Below, piece by piece: positions 17,930-28,187 of a DNA stretch of 39,254 nucleotides. The notes beneath the pieces are model-generated. The model was not told the origin of the DNA and made no database searches. It saw nothing but the letters and a program-made list of their open reading frames with translations. This DNA comes from Thermoanaerobaculia bacterium (GTDB lineage: Bacteria > Acidobacteriota > Thermoanaerobaculia > UBA5066 > Gp7-AA6), in NCBI GenBank assembly GCA_033853815.1, contig JAWOLE010000092.1:1-39254 (forward strand). Reading direction: 5' to 3'. Each line of letters begins with the position of its first letter. Position 1 is the stretch's first letter. The translations under genes and the position numbers were made by a program.

Positions 17930-18028
17930 CTTTCGGCCGAAGGCATTCGCCCGCCTTCGCTAAAACTTCGGCGCGCCGCCGGCTTCGGCAACGGCGGCCG
18001 AGAGTCTCTGCTACGGGAGCCCCCTGAG

Positions 18029-18751
18029 GTGATCCCCAGGACTCCCTCTCCTTCCCGGTGGAGGACCTTCCTGCGCGCGCGCTTCTCCCGGGAAGGCGCC
18101 GTCGGCCTGTACCTGACGGTCGGATTCCTCGGGGGCGCGGCACTGGTCGTGCTTTTCGGCCTCCTGGCGGACTCGGTGTTCGACCTGCACGGCTCGACCC
18201 CGTTCGATCGCGAGGTGACGCTCGCGATCCAGGGCTTCCAGAGCCCCGCCCGGGACCGGCTGGCCCGCGCGGTCTCCTTCTTCGGAGACCACCGCTTTCT
18301 CCTGCCGGCCACGCTCGCCGTCACCGCGATTCTGGCGCTGCGGCAGCGCCGGGTCAGCGCCCTGCTCTTCTTCGGCGTCGTCATCGGAGGATGGCTTCTC
18401 GAGACGCTCTTGAAGATCATCTATCACCGCGCGCGGCCGGATCTCTGGCCGGCGCTCGTGTCGGAGAAGACCTACAGCTTCCCGAGCGGCCACGCCACGA
18501 TGTCCACCCTCTTCTACGGCGCGGTCGCGGCGCTCATCCTCCATGTCTCGCGCAACCGGGCGCTGCGGGCCGCGGCCCTCGCGCTCGCGACCGTCTTCAT
18601 CCTCTCAATCTGCTACACGCGCATCTACCTGGGCGCGCACTGGACGACGGACGTCCTCGCGGGGATCCTGGTCGGCCTCTTCTGGGTCGTCGTCTGCGCG
18701 ACCGGCACGGAATACCTCGCCCGCCGCACCAGAGCAGTCCGTAGTCCTTAG
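18029..18751 (+). CDS. PAP2-family phosphatase (probable undecaprenyl-pyrophosphate phosphatase)
   Basis: K.IYHRARP, SFPSGH and TRIYLGAHWTTDV: the three PAP2 motifs. Confidence 0.9.
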   Translation: MIPRTPSPSRWRTFLRARFSREGAVGLYLTVGFLGGAALVVLFGLLADSVFDLHGSTPFDREVTLAIQGFQSPARDRLARAVSFFGDHRFLLPATLAVTAILALRQRRVSALLFFGVVIGGWLLETLLKIIYHRARPDLWPALVSEKTYSFPSGHATMSTLFYGAVAALILHVSRNRALRAAALALATVFILSICYTRIYLGAHWTTDVLAGILVGLFWVVVCATGTEYLARRTRAVRSP

Positions 18752-18838
18752 TCCCTGGCCCTTGGTCGGAGTCGCCCGGCCAGGGTCCAGGGACCAGGGA
18801 CCAAGGACCAAGGACCAAGGACCAAGGACCAAAGGACC
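18736..18838. repeat. Heptamer tandem array with inverted counterpart (RGTCCTT-like x4 / ARGGACC x8)
   Basis: agtccgt agtcctt agtccct ggccctt ... agggacc agggacc aaggacc x5; spans the PAP2 stop codon. Confidence 0.9.
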
Positions 18839-18864
18839 GATCGACTAGACTTGCGGCAGACAAC

Positions 18865-20028
18865 ATGCGCACGACGTTCCTGCCGTTCGCGCGGCCCTTC
18901 CTCGGGGAGGAGGAGATCGCTGAGGTCGCGGACACGCTGCGCTCGGGCTGGATCACGACGGGGCCGAAGGTCGAGAAGTTCACCGCGGCCTTCTCGGACT
19001 ATGTCGGCGGGCGGTTCGCGGTCCCGGTCTCCTCGGCGACGGCGGGGCTGCACGTGGCCCTACTCGCGCTCGGCGTCGGGCCGGGGGACGAGGTCCTCAC
19101 GACGCCTCTGACCTTCGTCGCGACCGTCAACACGATCGTCCACTGCGGGGCGACCCCCGTGCTCGCCGACATCGACGCCGCGACGCTGAACATCCGCGTC
19201 GAGGAGATCGCGAAGCGCGTCACGGCGAAGACGAAGGCCATCGTGCCGGTCCACTACGTGGGCCAGCCCGTGGACCTCGATCCCATCCTGGAGCTCGCCG
19301 CAGGGCGCGGGATCGCCGTCCTGGAAGACGCGGCGCACGCGGTCGGCGCCGAGTACAAGGGGAGGAGGATCGGCTCCTTCCCGACGACGTCGGTCTTCTC
19401 TTTCCATCCCAACAAGAACATGACGACGGGCGAAGGAGGGATGGTCGTCACCGACGACGAGGAGGTCTTCGAGAAGGCGTCGCTCCTGAAGTTCCACGGG
19501 ATGGATCGGGAGTCGTGGAAGCGCTTCGCGAAGTCGGGCAGCCCCCGGTACGACGTCGCCCTGCCGGGGTTCAAGTACAACATGATGGACATCCAGGCGG
19601 CCCTCGGCCTCCACCAGCTCCGGCGCCTCGACGGCTTCCTCGCAGAGCGCGCACGCCTGGCGGAGCGCTACGGCGACCTGCTTTCGAGCCTCCCCGGCCT
19701 GATCCGCCCACAGCGTGTCGCGTATCCCGTCAAGCACGCCTGGCATCTCTACACCCCCCTCGTGGACATCGACCGCCTCACGATCTCCCGCGACCGCTTC
19801 ATGGAGGAATTGAAGAAGCGCAACATCGGCTGCGGCCTCCACTACACGGCCGTCCACGAGTTCTCCTACTACACCGACCGGTTCGGATGGCGGCCCGAGG
19901 ACTTCCCGGAGGCGCACTACGTCTCGGAGCGGATCGTCTCCCTACCGCTCTTCCCCGGCCTGACCGACGCCGACCAGGACGACGTCGTCTCCGCCGTCGG
20001 CGACATCGTCGCGGAGTTCCGCCGTTGA
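18865..20028 (+). CDS. arnB: DegT-family aminotransferase, UDP-4-amino-4-deoxy-L-arabinose aminotransferase-like
   Basis: FLPFARP, SGWITTGPK, EDAAHA, FSFHPNKNMTTGEGG, LKFHG, GFKYN; arn gene context. Confidence 0.85.
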   Translation: MRTTFLPFARPFLGEEEIAEVADTLRSGWITTGPKVEKFTAAFSDYVGGRFAVPVSSATAGLHVALLALGVGPGDEVLTTPLTFVATVNTIVHCGATPVLADIDAATLNIRVEEIAKRVTAKTKAIVPVHYVGQPVDLDPILELAAGRGIAVLEDAAHAVGAEYKGRRIGSFPTTSVFSFHPNKNMTTGEGGMVVTDDEEVFEKASLLKFHGMDRESWKRFAKSGSPRYDVALPGFKYNMMDIQAALGLHQLRRLDGFLAERARLAERYGDLLSSLPGLIRPQRVAYPVKHAWHLYTPLVDIDRLTISRDRFMEELKKRNIGCGLHYTAVHEFSYYTDRFGWRPEDFPEAHYVSERIVSLPLFPGLTDADQDDVVSAVGDIVAEFRR

Positions 20029-20993
20029 GAGCCTCGGTCGTCGTTCCGGTCTTCAACGAGGAAGCGAACCTGGACGAATTCGTCCGCAGGCTGCTCGCGG
20101 TGATGGACGGACGCGGGGAGCCGTACGAGGTCCTTCTGGTGGACGACGGGAGCCGCGACCGCTCTCTCGAGATCCTGAAGTCGTGGGCCGGGCGGCGCCC
20201 CGACCGCGTGCGGGTGCTGGAGCTCGCGCGCAACTTCGGGCAGCACCAGGCCATCCTCGCGGCGTTCCGCGACGTCACGGGAGACGTCGTCGTAACGCTC
20301 GACGCCGACCTCCAGAACCCTCCCGAGGAGATCCCGAAGCTCCTGGCGAAGTTCGCCGAAGGGTACGACGTCGTCGGCGGGGTGCGGGCCCACCGCCAGG
20401 ACTCCTGGCCGAGGAAGCTCGCCTCGGCGCTGGTCAACCGCGTGACGGCGGCCATCACTCGCATGCGGCTGACGGACTTCGGATGCATGCTGAGGGCCTA
20501 CTCGCGCGACGTCGTGGAGGAGATCAACCGCTGCGACGAGGCCTCGACCTTCATCCCGGCGCTCGCGCAGAGCTTCGCGCGGCGGCCGACCGAGGTCGAG
20601 GTCGCGCACGCGCCGCGCGTCGGGGGAGAGTCGGCCTACTCCTTCTACCGCCTGATCCGCCTGAACTTCGATCTGATGACCGGCTTCTCGTCCGTGCCCA
20701 TCCAGGTCTTCGGGCTGCTCGGGAGCTTCGTCGCTCTGGGAGGAATCGCCTTCGGTATCTTCCTGCTCGTGCGGCGGCTGATCGTGGGAGCCGAGGTCGA
20801 AGGGGTTTTCACGCTCTTCGCGATCCTCTTCACGCTGCTCGGCGTCGCGATGGCGGGACTCGGCATCGTCGGCGAGTACGTCGGGAGGATCTACGAGCAG
20901 GTGCGGGGCCGCCCGCATTTCTCGGTGCGCCGCGTGTACGGTCTGGGGGCCGAAGCTCCGAAGCCCAAGCCGATCAAGGAAGAATCTCGATGA
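20025..20993 (+). CDS. arnC: Undecaprenyl-phosphate L-Ara4FN transferase-like GT2
   Basis: [57 protein letters not shown], two C-terminal TMs, GEYVGRIY; TTG overlaps the arnB stop. Confidence 0.85.
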   Translation: MRASVVVPVFNEEANLDEFVRRLLAVMDGRGEPYEVLLVDDGSRDRSLEILKSWAGRRPDRVRVLELARNFGQHQAILAAFRDVTGDVVVTLDADLQNPPEEIPKLLAKFAEGYDVVGGVRAHRQDSWPRKLASALVNRVTAAITRMRLTDFGCMLRAYSRDVVEEINRCDEASTFIPALAQSFARRPTEVEVAHAPRVGGESAYSFYRLIRLNFDLMTGFSSVPIQVFGLLGSFVALGGIAFGIFLLVRRLIVGAEVEGVFTLFAILFTLLGVAMAGLGIVGEYVGRIYEQVRGRPHFSVRRVYGLGAEAPKPKPIKEESR

Positions 20994-21901
20994 CTCGAAT
21001 GGCGGTCTTCGCCTACTCGGACACCGGGCACGCCTGCCTGAAGTCCCTCCTCGACCGGGGAGAGGACGTCGCGCTCGTCGTCACGCATGCCGACGACCCG
21101 AAGGAACCGCGCTGGTTTCCCAGCGTGGCGGAGCTGGCCCGCTCGAAGGGGATCGAGCCTCTCGTCGCGGACGACCCGCGCGACCCGGCCGTCCTCGCCC
21201 GCCTCGAGGCGGCCCGGCCCGACCTGCTGTTCTCCTTCTATTACCGGGGCATCCTGCCCAGGAAGCTCCTCGACCTGCCGCGGCTGGGAGCGTTCAACAT
21301 CCACGGCTCGCTCCTGCCGAAGTACCGTGGCCGCGCGCCCGTCAACTGGGCCGTGCTCCAGGGAGAAAAGGCCACCGGGGCCACGCTCCACTGGATGATC
21401 GAGAAGGCGGACTCCGGAGACATCGTGGACCAGCAGGAGGTTCCGATCGGCCCCGACGACACGGCCTTCGACGTACAGCGCCGCGTGAGCGCCGCGGCCG
21501 TCCAGGTCCTCGAGCGGCGCCTGGAGCAGTTGAAGAGCGGCTCGGCGCCGCGCCGCCCCCAGAAGGAGGCCGAGGCCACGACCTTCGGCAGGCGCGGGCC
21601 CGAGGACGGGCGAATCGACTGGACGCGAACGGCCGGGCAGGTGCACGACCTCGTCCGCGCGGTGACGCACCCGTACCCCGGCGCGTTCACCGACATCTTC
21701 GGCGGCAAGATCTACCTCTGGAAGACGCGCCTCCCCGGCCTGGGAGCCCACGACAACTTTCCCGGGCAGATCCGCACCGAGGCGGGGCGGCTCTACGTGG
21801 CGTGCGGCGACGACCGCTACGTCGAAGCGTTGCGCCTGCAGAGAGAGGGCGAAGCGGAGATGGACGGAGCGTCCTTCGCCGCCGCGCTGCGCCGGCGATG
21901 A
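20990..21901 (+). CDS. Stand-alone formyltransferase (ArnA N-terminal domain homolog)
   Basis: [51 protein letters not shown]; ATG at 20990 overlaps the arnC stop. Confidence 0.88.
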   Translation: MTRMAVFAYSDTGHACLKSLLDRGEDVALVVTHADDPKEPRWFPSVAELARSKGIEPLVADDPRDPAVLARLEAARPDLLFSFYYRGILPRKLLDLPRLGAFNIHGSLLPKYRGRAPVNWAVLQGEKATGATLHWMIEKADSGDIVDQQEVPIGPDDTAFDVQRRVSAAAVQVLERRLEQLKSGSAPRRPQKEAEATTFGRRGPEDGRIDWTRTAGQVHDLVRAVTHPYPGAFTDIFGGKIYLWKTRLPGLGAHDNFPGQIRTEAGRLYVACGDDRYVEALRLQREGEAEMDGASFAAALRRR

Positions 21902-22920
21902 AAGTCCTGATCCTCGGCGTCAACGGCTTTATCGGGAACGCGCTGACCGGGCGCATCCTCGAGACCACCGACTGGGCCGTCTCCGGCCTCGACATTGCGA
22001 GCGACAAGATCGCGCCGTTCCTCGACCACCCGCGCTTCACGTACCTGGAAGGGGACATCGCGATCAACAAGGAGTGGATCGAGTACCAGATCAAGAAGTG
22101 CGACGTCGTGCTGCCGCTCGTGGCGATCGCGACGCCGGCCGCGTACGTGAAGGATCCGCTGGCCGTCTTCCAGCTGGATTTCGAGGAGAACCTGCGCATC
22201 GTCAAGCAGGCGGTGCACTACGGCAAGCGCGTGGTCTTCGCCTCGACCTCCGAGGTGTACGGGATGTGCCCGGATCCCGCGTTCGACGAAGAGACCTCGC
22301 CGCTCGTCTACGGCCCGATCCGCAAGCAGCGGTGGATCTACTCCTGCTCGAAGCAGCTGCTCGACCGCGTGATCTGGGCCTACGGCCAGGCCGAGGGCCT
22401 GCGCTTCACGCTCTTCCGTCCCTTCAACTGGATCGGCCCGCATTTAGACGACATCGACTCTCCCAAGGAGGGATCGAGCCGCGTGCTCACGCAGTTCCTC
22501 CACAACATCCTCTACGGCCAGCCGATCAAGCTCGTGGACGGGGGCCGGCAGCGGCGCTCCTTCACCTACATCTCCGACGGGATCGAATGCCTGATGAGGA
22601 TCCTCGAGAACCGCGGCGGCGCGGCCGACGGAGGCATCTTCAACATCGGGAACCCGGCAAACGATATTTCCGTCGCCGAGCTGGCCGAGAAACTGATCGA
22701 GACGGTCGCCCAGCACCTCGAGTTCGGGCAGAAGGCGCGAGGAACCCCGATCGTCAACGTCTCCTCGGGCGACTACTACGGCGAGGGCTACCAGGACATC
22801 CTGACCCGGGTTCCCTCGATCCGCCGCGCCCGCGAGATCCTGGGCTGGGAACCGAGGGTATCTCTCGATGAGGCGCTGCGGCTCACCGTGGACTTCTACC
22901 TGTCGAGAAGAATCGGGTGA
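21898..22920 (+). CDS. arnA: UDP-glucuronate dehydrogenase/decarboxylase (ArnA C-terminal domain homolog)
   Basis: [74 protein letters not shown]. Confidence 0.9.
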   Translation: MKVLILGVNGFIGNALTGRILETTDWAVSGLDIASDKIAPFLDHPRFTYLEGDIAINKEWIEYQIKKCDVVLPLVAIATPAAYVKDPLAVFQLDFEENLRIVKQAVHYGKRVVFASTSEVYGMCPDPAFDEETSPLVYGPIRKQRWIYSCSKQLLDRVIWAYGQAEGLRFTLFRPFNWIGPHLDDIDSPKEGSSRVLTQFLHNILYGQPIKLVDGGRQRRSFTYISDGIECLMRILENRGGAADGGIFNIGNPANDISVAELAEKLIETVAQHLEFGQKARGTPIVNVSSGDYYGEGYQDILTRVPSIRRAREILGWEPRVSLDEALRLTVDFYLSRRIG

Positions 22921-22970
22921 TCTGCGATCGGGTGATCGGGTGATCGAAACACTCCGGTCAATCACCCGAT
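22912..22970. repeat. Octamer array ATCGGGTG x3 with inverted copy ATCACCCGAT
   Basis: Spans the arnA stop codon and reaches into the arnD start codon. Confidence 0.75.
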
Positions 22971-23940
22971 GAAGCGCGTCGCGCTGAAAGTCGACTGCGA
23001 CACCTACGTCGGGACGCGCGACGGCGTACCGCGCCTGCTGGAGGCGTTCGCCGCCCGCGGGATTCGGGCCACGTTCTTCTTCACCTACGGCCCGGACCGG
23101 TCGGGGGTCGCCGTCAAGCGGGTCTTCACGAAGCCCGGATTCCTGACGAAGATGCTGCGCAGCCGCGCGGCTTCGCTCTACGGCTTTCCGACCGTGCTCT
23201 ATGGGACCTTCCTCGCCTCGCCCATGATCGGGGAGCGCTGCGCGGGACAGATACGAGCCGCCGGGCGGGCAGGGCACGAGACGGGAGTCCACGGCTGGGA
23301 CCACGTCGGATGGCACGACCACCTGGACTCCTGGACGACCGAGAAGATCCGGCAGGAGTACGGCCGCGCGCACGAGGAGCACGCGAGGATCTTTGGCGCG
23401 CCCGCGCGGGCGAGCGCCGCTCCCGGCTGGGCGGCCAACGCGAGATCGCTCGCCGTCGAGGAGGAGAGAACACTCCTCTACACGTCCAACACCCGCGGCG
23501 GCCCGCCCTTCTTTCCGTCCGCGGCCGGCCGCGTCTTCAAGACCCTCGAGATCCCCTCGACCCTGCCGACGCTCGACGAGACCCTGGCCTGGCCGGACTT
23601 GAAGACCGACGAGGACCAGCGCCGGTTCTTTCGCTCGGCCGTCAACGGCACCGACCGCTCCGCGGTCAACGGCACCGAGGTCCACACGATCCACGCGGAG
23701 GTCGAGGGACGCTCGAAGCTTCCGCTCTTCGAGCGGATCCTGGACGACTGGACCGCCGGTGGCGTCTCCTTCCCGACGCTCGAGGAGCTGGCCGGGGAAA
23801 TCCTCGCCAGAAGGGAAGAGATTCCCGTCCGGGAGCTCTCGCGAACGCGTCTTCCCGGCCGCGGCGGGGAGGTCGCGACGGGCTGGCCGGGGTCAGGGAG
23901 AAGCCCCTCTTTCGAAGACGCGGATGAAAAGGTCCGGTGA
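22969..23940 (+). CDS. arnD: 4-deoxy-4-formamido-L-arabinose-phosphoundecaprenol deformylase-like polysaccharide deacetylase
   Basis: LKVDCDTYVGTRDGVPRL, TFFF..GPDRSG, SLYG, HE.GVHGWDH..W, AAPGW, IPSTLPTLDE, HTIHAEVEG. Confidence 0.88.
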   Translation: MKRVALKVDCDTYVGTRDGVPRLLEAFAARGIRATFFFTYGPDRSGVAVKRVFTKPGFLTKMLRSRAASLYGFPTVLYGTFLASPMIGERCAGQIRAAGRAGHETGVHGWDHVGWHDHLDSWTTEKIRQEYGRAHEEHARIFGAPARASAAPGWAANARSLAVEEERTLLYTSNTRGGPPFFPSAAGRVFKTLEIPSTLPTLDETLAWPDLKTDEDQRRFFRSAVNGTDRSAVNGTEVHTIHAEVEGRSKLPLFERILDDWTAGGVSFPTLEELAGEILARREEIPVRELSRTRLPGRGGEVATGWPGSGRSPSFEDADEKVR

Positions 23941-25662
23941 ACCGATCCCGGCATCCGGCGGGGCAGGGCCGAAGGAAGCTCGGGCGCTGTAGCGCCGCGT
24001 GATTTCGCTCCAGACGCCGGTCGCGTAGTCCTTTCCGAAGACGGCCCCGCCGAACCCGGGCGCCGGCGAATTCGCGACGAGGATGAACCGGGGCCCGCTC
24101 GCCTCGATTCCCCGAATCAGTCTCTCTTCCGCGGCCGGATCCAGATGGCCGGGCAGCACCTGCTCCTCGCGCAATGGATTGCGCAGCCCGGTCGTGAAGT
24201 TGAAGAAGCCTCCGATCTCGGGGAAGCCGGAAAGGGTGTCCCCGGGCCGTGCGCGGGACTGGAGAAACCGAAGGGTTGCCGTGATTGCCGCGGCCCTGTC
24301 CGGGCGCAGGCGCAGGGAGCCGGCGGAGGTGACCACCGGGGCCTTGCCGTGGGCCAGGTATCGCTGCCACCGCAGAAGGGCGACTGCCGAAAGGGCGAAG
24401 AAAAGCACGGCCAGGAATCGCCGCGCCCGGCGCTCGCGCGCGAAACGCTCCGCGAGCAGATCCACCGTCAGCACCGCCGCGGTGGCCGCGAGCCCTGGAA
24501 ACGCCAGGATGGAATACGGAGTCGTGATCGCTCCGTACTGGAGGCCGAAGAGCACCCGGGCGCCCACGAGGGCGGAAAAGCCGAAGAGCAGCCATCGAGC
24601 GCGGCCGGCGCCGTCGGCAGGCCCTCGCAGCAGGACGATGAGAGCGGCCGCGGCGGAAACGAGCGGCATCGGGGAGAGCAGCGGCGGAAGTCGGTCTTCG
24701 AGAGACGTTCCGGGCCCGAAGCCGAATAGCGCGACTGCGGCAACCACGGCCGCCAGCCACGCCGCCTCGAGCGCTCCCGAGAAGCGTCCCGCGAACCGCG
24801 AGGCAGCCAGTGCCGCGGCCAGGATCAGCAGGTCGAGGAAGAGTGAGGTCGCGACCGAGCGCAGCGACGCCTCGGGGGTCGCGAGTCCGGACATGACGCG
24901 ATAGACGGCGCGCCACGGTTCGGGCGGCGAGAAGAGGGCGAGCGGCCCCTCCGGATAGAGGTCTCGCCACGGGAGGCCGAGGAAGGCGACCGCGTAGAGC
25001 ACCGCCGCGGCGCCGGCGCCGAGGAGGACGGATCGGAACAGCAGCTTCTTCTCCTCCTTCCAGCCCGGCCAGCGCACGGCCGCCGCCAAGACAACGACTG
25101 CGCATGCCGCGCCGATCTCCGGTTTCGCCGCCAGGGCCAGGGCGACTCCGGCGGATCCGAGGAGGGTTCCGGCGCGGGAGGGGGGCGCGCCGCACACGGA
25201 CAGAGCCGTGAACGATCCCGCCAGGGCGAAGAGCGCTCCGAAGGAGTAGGGAAAGAGAAACGAGCCGCCGTTGGGCGCTCCCACGCAGAGGGCCGCCGCC
25301 CAGGTCAGGGCCGCGCAGGCGGACAGAGCGCTGCCGGCGCGCCGGGTCAGTCGAAAGAGCGCATAGAAGAGAAGCGCCGCCGCAACGAGGCCCGTGAACT
25401 CCAGCGCGGCGAACCTCCGGCCGAGGAGCCGGATCGACATGGCGTTGATCCACGGCCCCGCGGGGCCGTAGTGGTAGACGACGTCCCGGTACAGGCGCTC
25501 TCCGAGCGCAAGGCGCGCCGGTACGTTCATCTCGCGCGAAGAATCGACGAAAGGGTTGATCCAGGTCCGCCAGGCGACCGCAGCCGAGACCGCCCCCGCG
25601 GCCAGGGGAGGAAAGAGCCCGCCGAATCGAAGGGAATCGCCGCGATCAGCCTCGGGACGCAC
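23893..25662 (-). CDS. Polytopic GT-C-like membrane protein
   Basis: C-terminal ~590 aa of ORF 23893..27627; probable GTG at 25662; N-terminal loop VDSSREMNVPARLALGERLYRDVVYHYGP, AKPE, many TMs and a soluble C-terminal domain; start uncertain. Confidence 0.65.
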   Translation of the reverse strand: MRPEADRGDSLRFGGLFPPLAAGAVSAAVAWRTWINPFVDSSREMNVPARLALGERLYRDVVYHYGPAGPWINAMSIRLLGRRFAALEFTGLVAAALLFYALFRLTRRAGSALSACAALTWAAALCVGAPNGGSFLFPYSFGALFALAGSFTALSVCGAPPSRAGTLLGSAGVALALAAKPEIGAACAVVVLAAAVRWPGWKEEKKLLFRSVLLGAGAAAVLYAVAFLGLPWRDLYPEGPLALFSPPEPWRAVYRVMSGLATPEASLRSVATSLFLDLLILAAALAASRFAGRFSGALEAAWLAAVVAAVALFGFGPGTSLEDRLPPLLSPMPLVSAAAALIVLLRGPADGAGRARWLLFGFSALVGARVLFGLQYGAITTPYSILAFPGLAATAAVLTVDLLAERFARERRARRFLAVLFFALSAVALLRWQRYLAHGKAPVVTSAGSLRLRPDRAAAITATLRFLQSRARPGDTLSGFPEIGGFFNFTTGLRNPLREEQVLPGHLDPAAEERLIRGIEASGPRFILVANSPAPGFGGAVFGKDYATGVWSEITRRYSARASFGPAPPDAGIGSPDLFIRVFERGASP

Positions 25663-25691
25663 CGCAGGACCGGCTTCCTCGGCCCCTGCCC

Positions 25692-28094
25692 TTATCTCGA
25701 GCCCGCGAGACTTTGCGACCCTGCGCGGGCGGCGGCGAGGAGAATCGCGACGAACGCGGCGGCCTGGAGGAGGACGCCGCGGCGGAAGGGAGCGCGATCG
25801 TAGGAGAACTCGACGCGGTGGCTGCCGGCGGGCACCGCAACCGCGAGGTCGCGCGCGTTGGCGACCAGGACGGGGACCGGCCGGCCATCGAGCTTCGCCT
25901 TCCAGGCGGGGAAATACGTTCGGGAGAAGACGAGATGCCCGGCTCCGCCGGCTTCCACGCGCGCCGAGGCACGGTCGGCTTCGACCGTCTCGACGGTCAC
26001 CTTGCCGGGGATGGCCGCGGCGGCCTCCCGGTCGGCCGGCCCGGGCAGGACGACCTCGGCGTCCGGCCGGAATCCCTCCGAGCGGACCAGCTCCAGCGCG
26101 CCGGAGAGAGAATTGCGGCGGTATTCCCGGCCGGCCCACCGCAGTTCTGGCAGCGCGTCGGGAAGCTCCGAGAGATTGAGCCGCTGGCCGGCCACCGCGA
26201 TGCCGGTCACGGGCTCGAAGAAAGGCGCCGGCTCTCTCTCGTCGTGCAGGTACCACCTCGCGCCGTAGGCGCGGAGGATCCGGCTCCTCTGCTCCGGCGT
26301 CGAAGCCGAGGCCGCTTCGGCCGCCAGCCGGTTGTAGTAGCCGTAGGAGCCGTCGGGGTCGGCGTCGAAGACGTAGCGGACGCCGAAGGCCGCTCCCGTC
26401 TCGGGGACGAGCTCCTCGATCTGGGCGCGAGCCAGGGCGACGAAACGCTCCGGAAGACCGGAGTTCGCGCCGCTGGAACCCGTGTCCGGCTCGGGATTGC
26501 GGGTCCGGACGTAGACGAGCCCCTCCCTGTCGAGCGCCTGGAGCAGGGCCGGCGGGCGTTCGAGGTCTTTCTCCCGGGCCGAAACGAAGAGCGGGAGCGC
26601 CCACGGGAAGGCGAGGAGCAGCGCCGTCAGGCCGAGCAGCCACGCCCTGCCGCGAAGCCGACGGCGCCCGAGCAGCACGAGGCCGAGGACGCCGACGGCG
26701 ATCAGTCCGAAGACGGCGTCTCCGCGGAGGGTCGCGAGGATGGCGGGCAGGTGCTTGCCCTGCGCGAGCCCTCCCTCCGTCAGGACCGGCGCGATCGTCC
26801 GGTCCGCGAACCCCCCCGGGCCGGCGAGCAGGAACGCCGCCACATAGAGCAGGGCCGCCGCCAGAAGGGCCCAGCGCTCCCTGCGGCCTGTTTTCGCGTC
26901 GGGCGAAAGAAGGCGCTCGGCCGCGAATCCCGAGAGGAGCGCCAGGCACATCGTCGTCAGCAGATAGAACTTGATGGGATAGCGGAGCCGGCGCAGCGCC
27001 GGGAAGGCGAAGAGGAGCCGGAAGAGCGGTAGTGAATTGCCGAAGGAGAAGAGAAGGGAAACGGCCGCTCCCGCCGCGAGCCAGAGCGAGCGTCCCTTCC
27101 AGAACTCCCGCCGCAGAATAGCCAGGAGAACGAGAAGCAGCGGGATCACTCCGAAGGTGACGCACCAGACGTAGACGACGTCCCCGGCGTGGAGGGCGTA
27201 CTGCCAGTGGGCCCGGGCTCCGAGGTCTCCGGGGTCGCCGTTGAAGCGCGGGAAGATCCACTCGAACAGCCGCCAGGCGGCAAGGGGCGCGGAGCCGAAG
27301 GCGCGTTCGGAGTAGAGGTGCTGCCCCCGATAGGTGAGCTTGAAGACCGCCGAGAGCGGCAGCAGGAGAGGCGCCGCGAGCGCCGCCGCGATCGAGCCGG
27401 CCAGGACGGTCCGGGAGAGGAGGGCCGGTGCGCTCGGACGGGACGCGCGATCCGAGCCGAAGAACTCGCCCGCCGCGAGGAAGGCCGCGAACAGCAGCGT
27501 CAGCACCGAGATCGCCGGCTCGCCCGCCAGCAACTGCATGCCGAACGCGCAGCCGGCGGCCGCGCAACCGCGAAGAGCCCGCGGGAAGGAGTCCGCGCGG
27601 ACGGCGTCCAGGGTCGCCGCCGCGCACCAGGGAAGCCAGGAGGCCGACGGGCCCGAGTTGGCGAAGGCCGAGAGGAAGGACATCAGGGTCCCCGAGAAAG
27701 CGAAAGCCACCCCCGAGAAGAACGCCGACCCTTCCGACAGGCCCAGGCGGCGGGCGAGCGCGCGCGCGCCAAAGAACGCCCAGAAGACGTGAAGGAGATA
27801 GTGCAGGTTGAAAGCGGAGGCGGGAGGCAGGAGCTTCTCGAGGAGGAGCGTCGGGTACAGCAGGACCGCGTTGGGATTGGGCAGGAGGGGCTCACCGCCC
27901 GAGGCCGAGGGGTTCACGAAAGGGACGCGGCCGGCGGCGAGCGAGGCCATCGCCACCCGCCGCCACGGCCAGTGCGTGACCTGCGCGTCGCGAAAAACCA
28001 GGCGCCGGGTGCCGAGGATCTCCGGGAGCAGGGGCAGGCAGAAGAGCGCCACGACGGCCAGGATGGGCACGAGCGCCCGGGCGCGGGGAGACAT
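25692..28094 (-). CDS. YfhO-family GT-C membrane protein
   Basis: FRDAQVTHWPWR, PFVNPSASGGEPLLPNPNAVLLYP, LRYPIKF; C-terminal LVFSRTYFPAWKAKLDG...ANARDLAVAVPAGSHRVEFSY. Confidence 0.8.
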   Translation of the reverse strand: MSPRARALVPILAVVALFCLPLLPEILGTRRLVFRDAQVTHWPWRRVAMASLAAGRVPFVNPSASGGEPLLPNPNAVLLYPTLLLEKLLPPASAFNLHYLLHVFWAFFGARALARRLGLSEGSAFFSGVAFAFSGTLMSFLSAFANSGPSASWLPWCAAATLDAVRADSFPRALRGCAAAGCAFGMQLLAGEPAISVLTLLFAAFLAAGEFFGSDRASRPSAPALLSRTVLAGSIAAALAAPLLLPLSAVFKLTYRGQHLYSERAFGSAPLAAWRLFEWIFPRFNGDPGDLGARAHWQYALHAGDVVYVWCVTFGVIPLLLVLLAILRREFWKGRSLWLAAGAAVSLLFSFGNSLPLFRLLFAFPALRRLRYPIKFYLLTTMCLALLSGFAAERLLSPDAKTGRRERWALLAAALLYVAAFLLAGPGGFADRTIAPVLTEGGLAQGKHLPAILATLRGDAVFGLIAVGVLGLVLLGRRRLRGRAWLLGLTALLLAFPWALPLFVSAREKDLERPPALLQALDREGLVYVRTRNPEPDTGSSGANSGLPERFVALARAQIEELVPETGAAFGVRYVFDADPDGSYGYYNRLAAEAASASTPEQRSRILRAYGARWYLHDEREPAPFFEPVTGIAVAGQRLNLSELPDALPELRWAGREYRRNSLSGALELVRSEGFRPDAEVVLPGPADREAAAAIPGKVTVETVEADRASARVEAGGAGHLVFSRTYFPAWKAKLDGRPVPVLVANARDLAVAVPAGSHRVEFSYDRAPFRRGVLLQAAAFVAILLAAARAGSQSLAGSR

Positions 28095-28099
28095 GCCAC

Positions 28100-28105
28100 A
28101 TTCTA
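28100..28105 (-). promoter_or_regulatory. Putative -10 box (TAGAAT), possible leaderless start
   Basis: TAGAAT-gtggc-ATG(28094); 5-nt spacing. Confidence 0.5.
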
Positions 28106-28173
28106 GTTTCAGGTTTCATGTTTCAGGTTTCAGGAATCGAGCCGGCCTGCTCTTGAAACTTGAAACTTGAAAC
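28106..28173. repeat. Heptamer array with inverted counterpart (GTTTCAG x4 / TTGAAAC x3)
   Basis: Fills most of the 93-bp gap between divergent genes. Confidence 0.85.
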
Positions 28174-28187
28174 CGGAGAATCGTGGG

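Noticed and set aside
18736-18838. CRISPR array interpretation of the short repeats
   Set aside because: Units are 7-8 bp and contiguous, with no unique spacers and no cas genes.
25663-27627. Apparent N-terminal extensions in the ORF track (23893..27627, 4775..7081, 5899..8358, 9126..10721, 19515..20993, 20183..21901, 32206..33150, 32598..34937)
   Set aside because: The extensions overlap upstream genes or the repeat element in another frame and are low-complexity. Plausible downstream starts, mostly coupled to the upstream stop, exist in each case.
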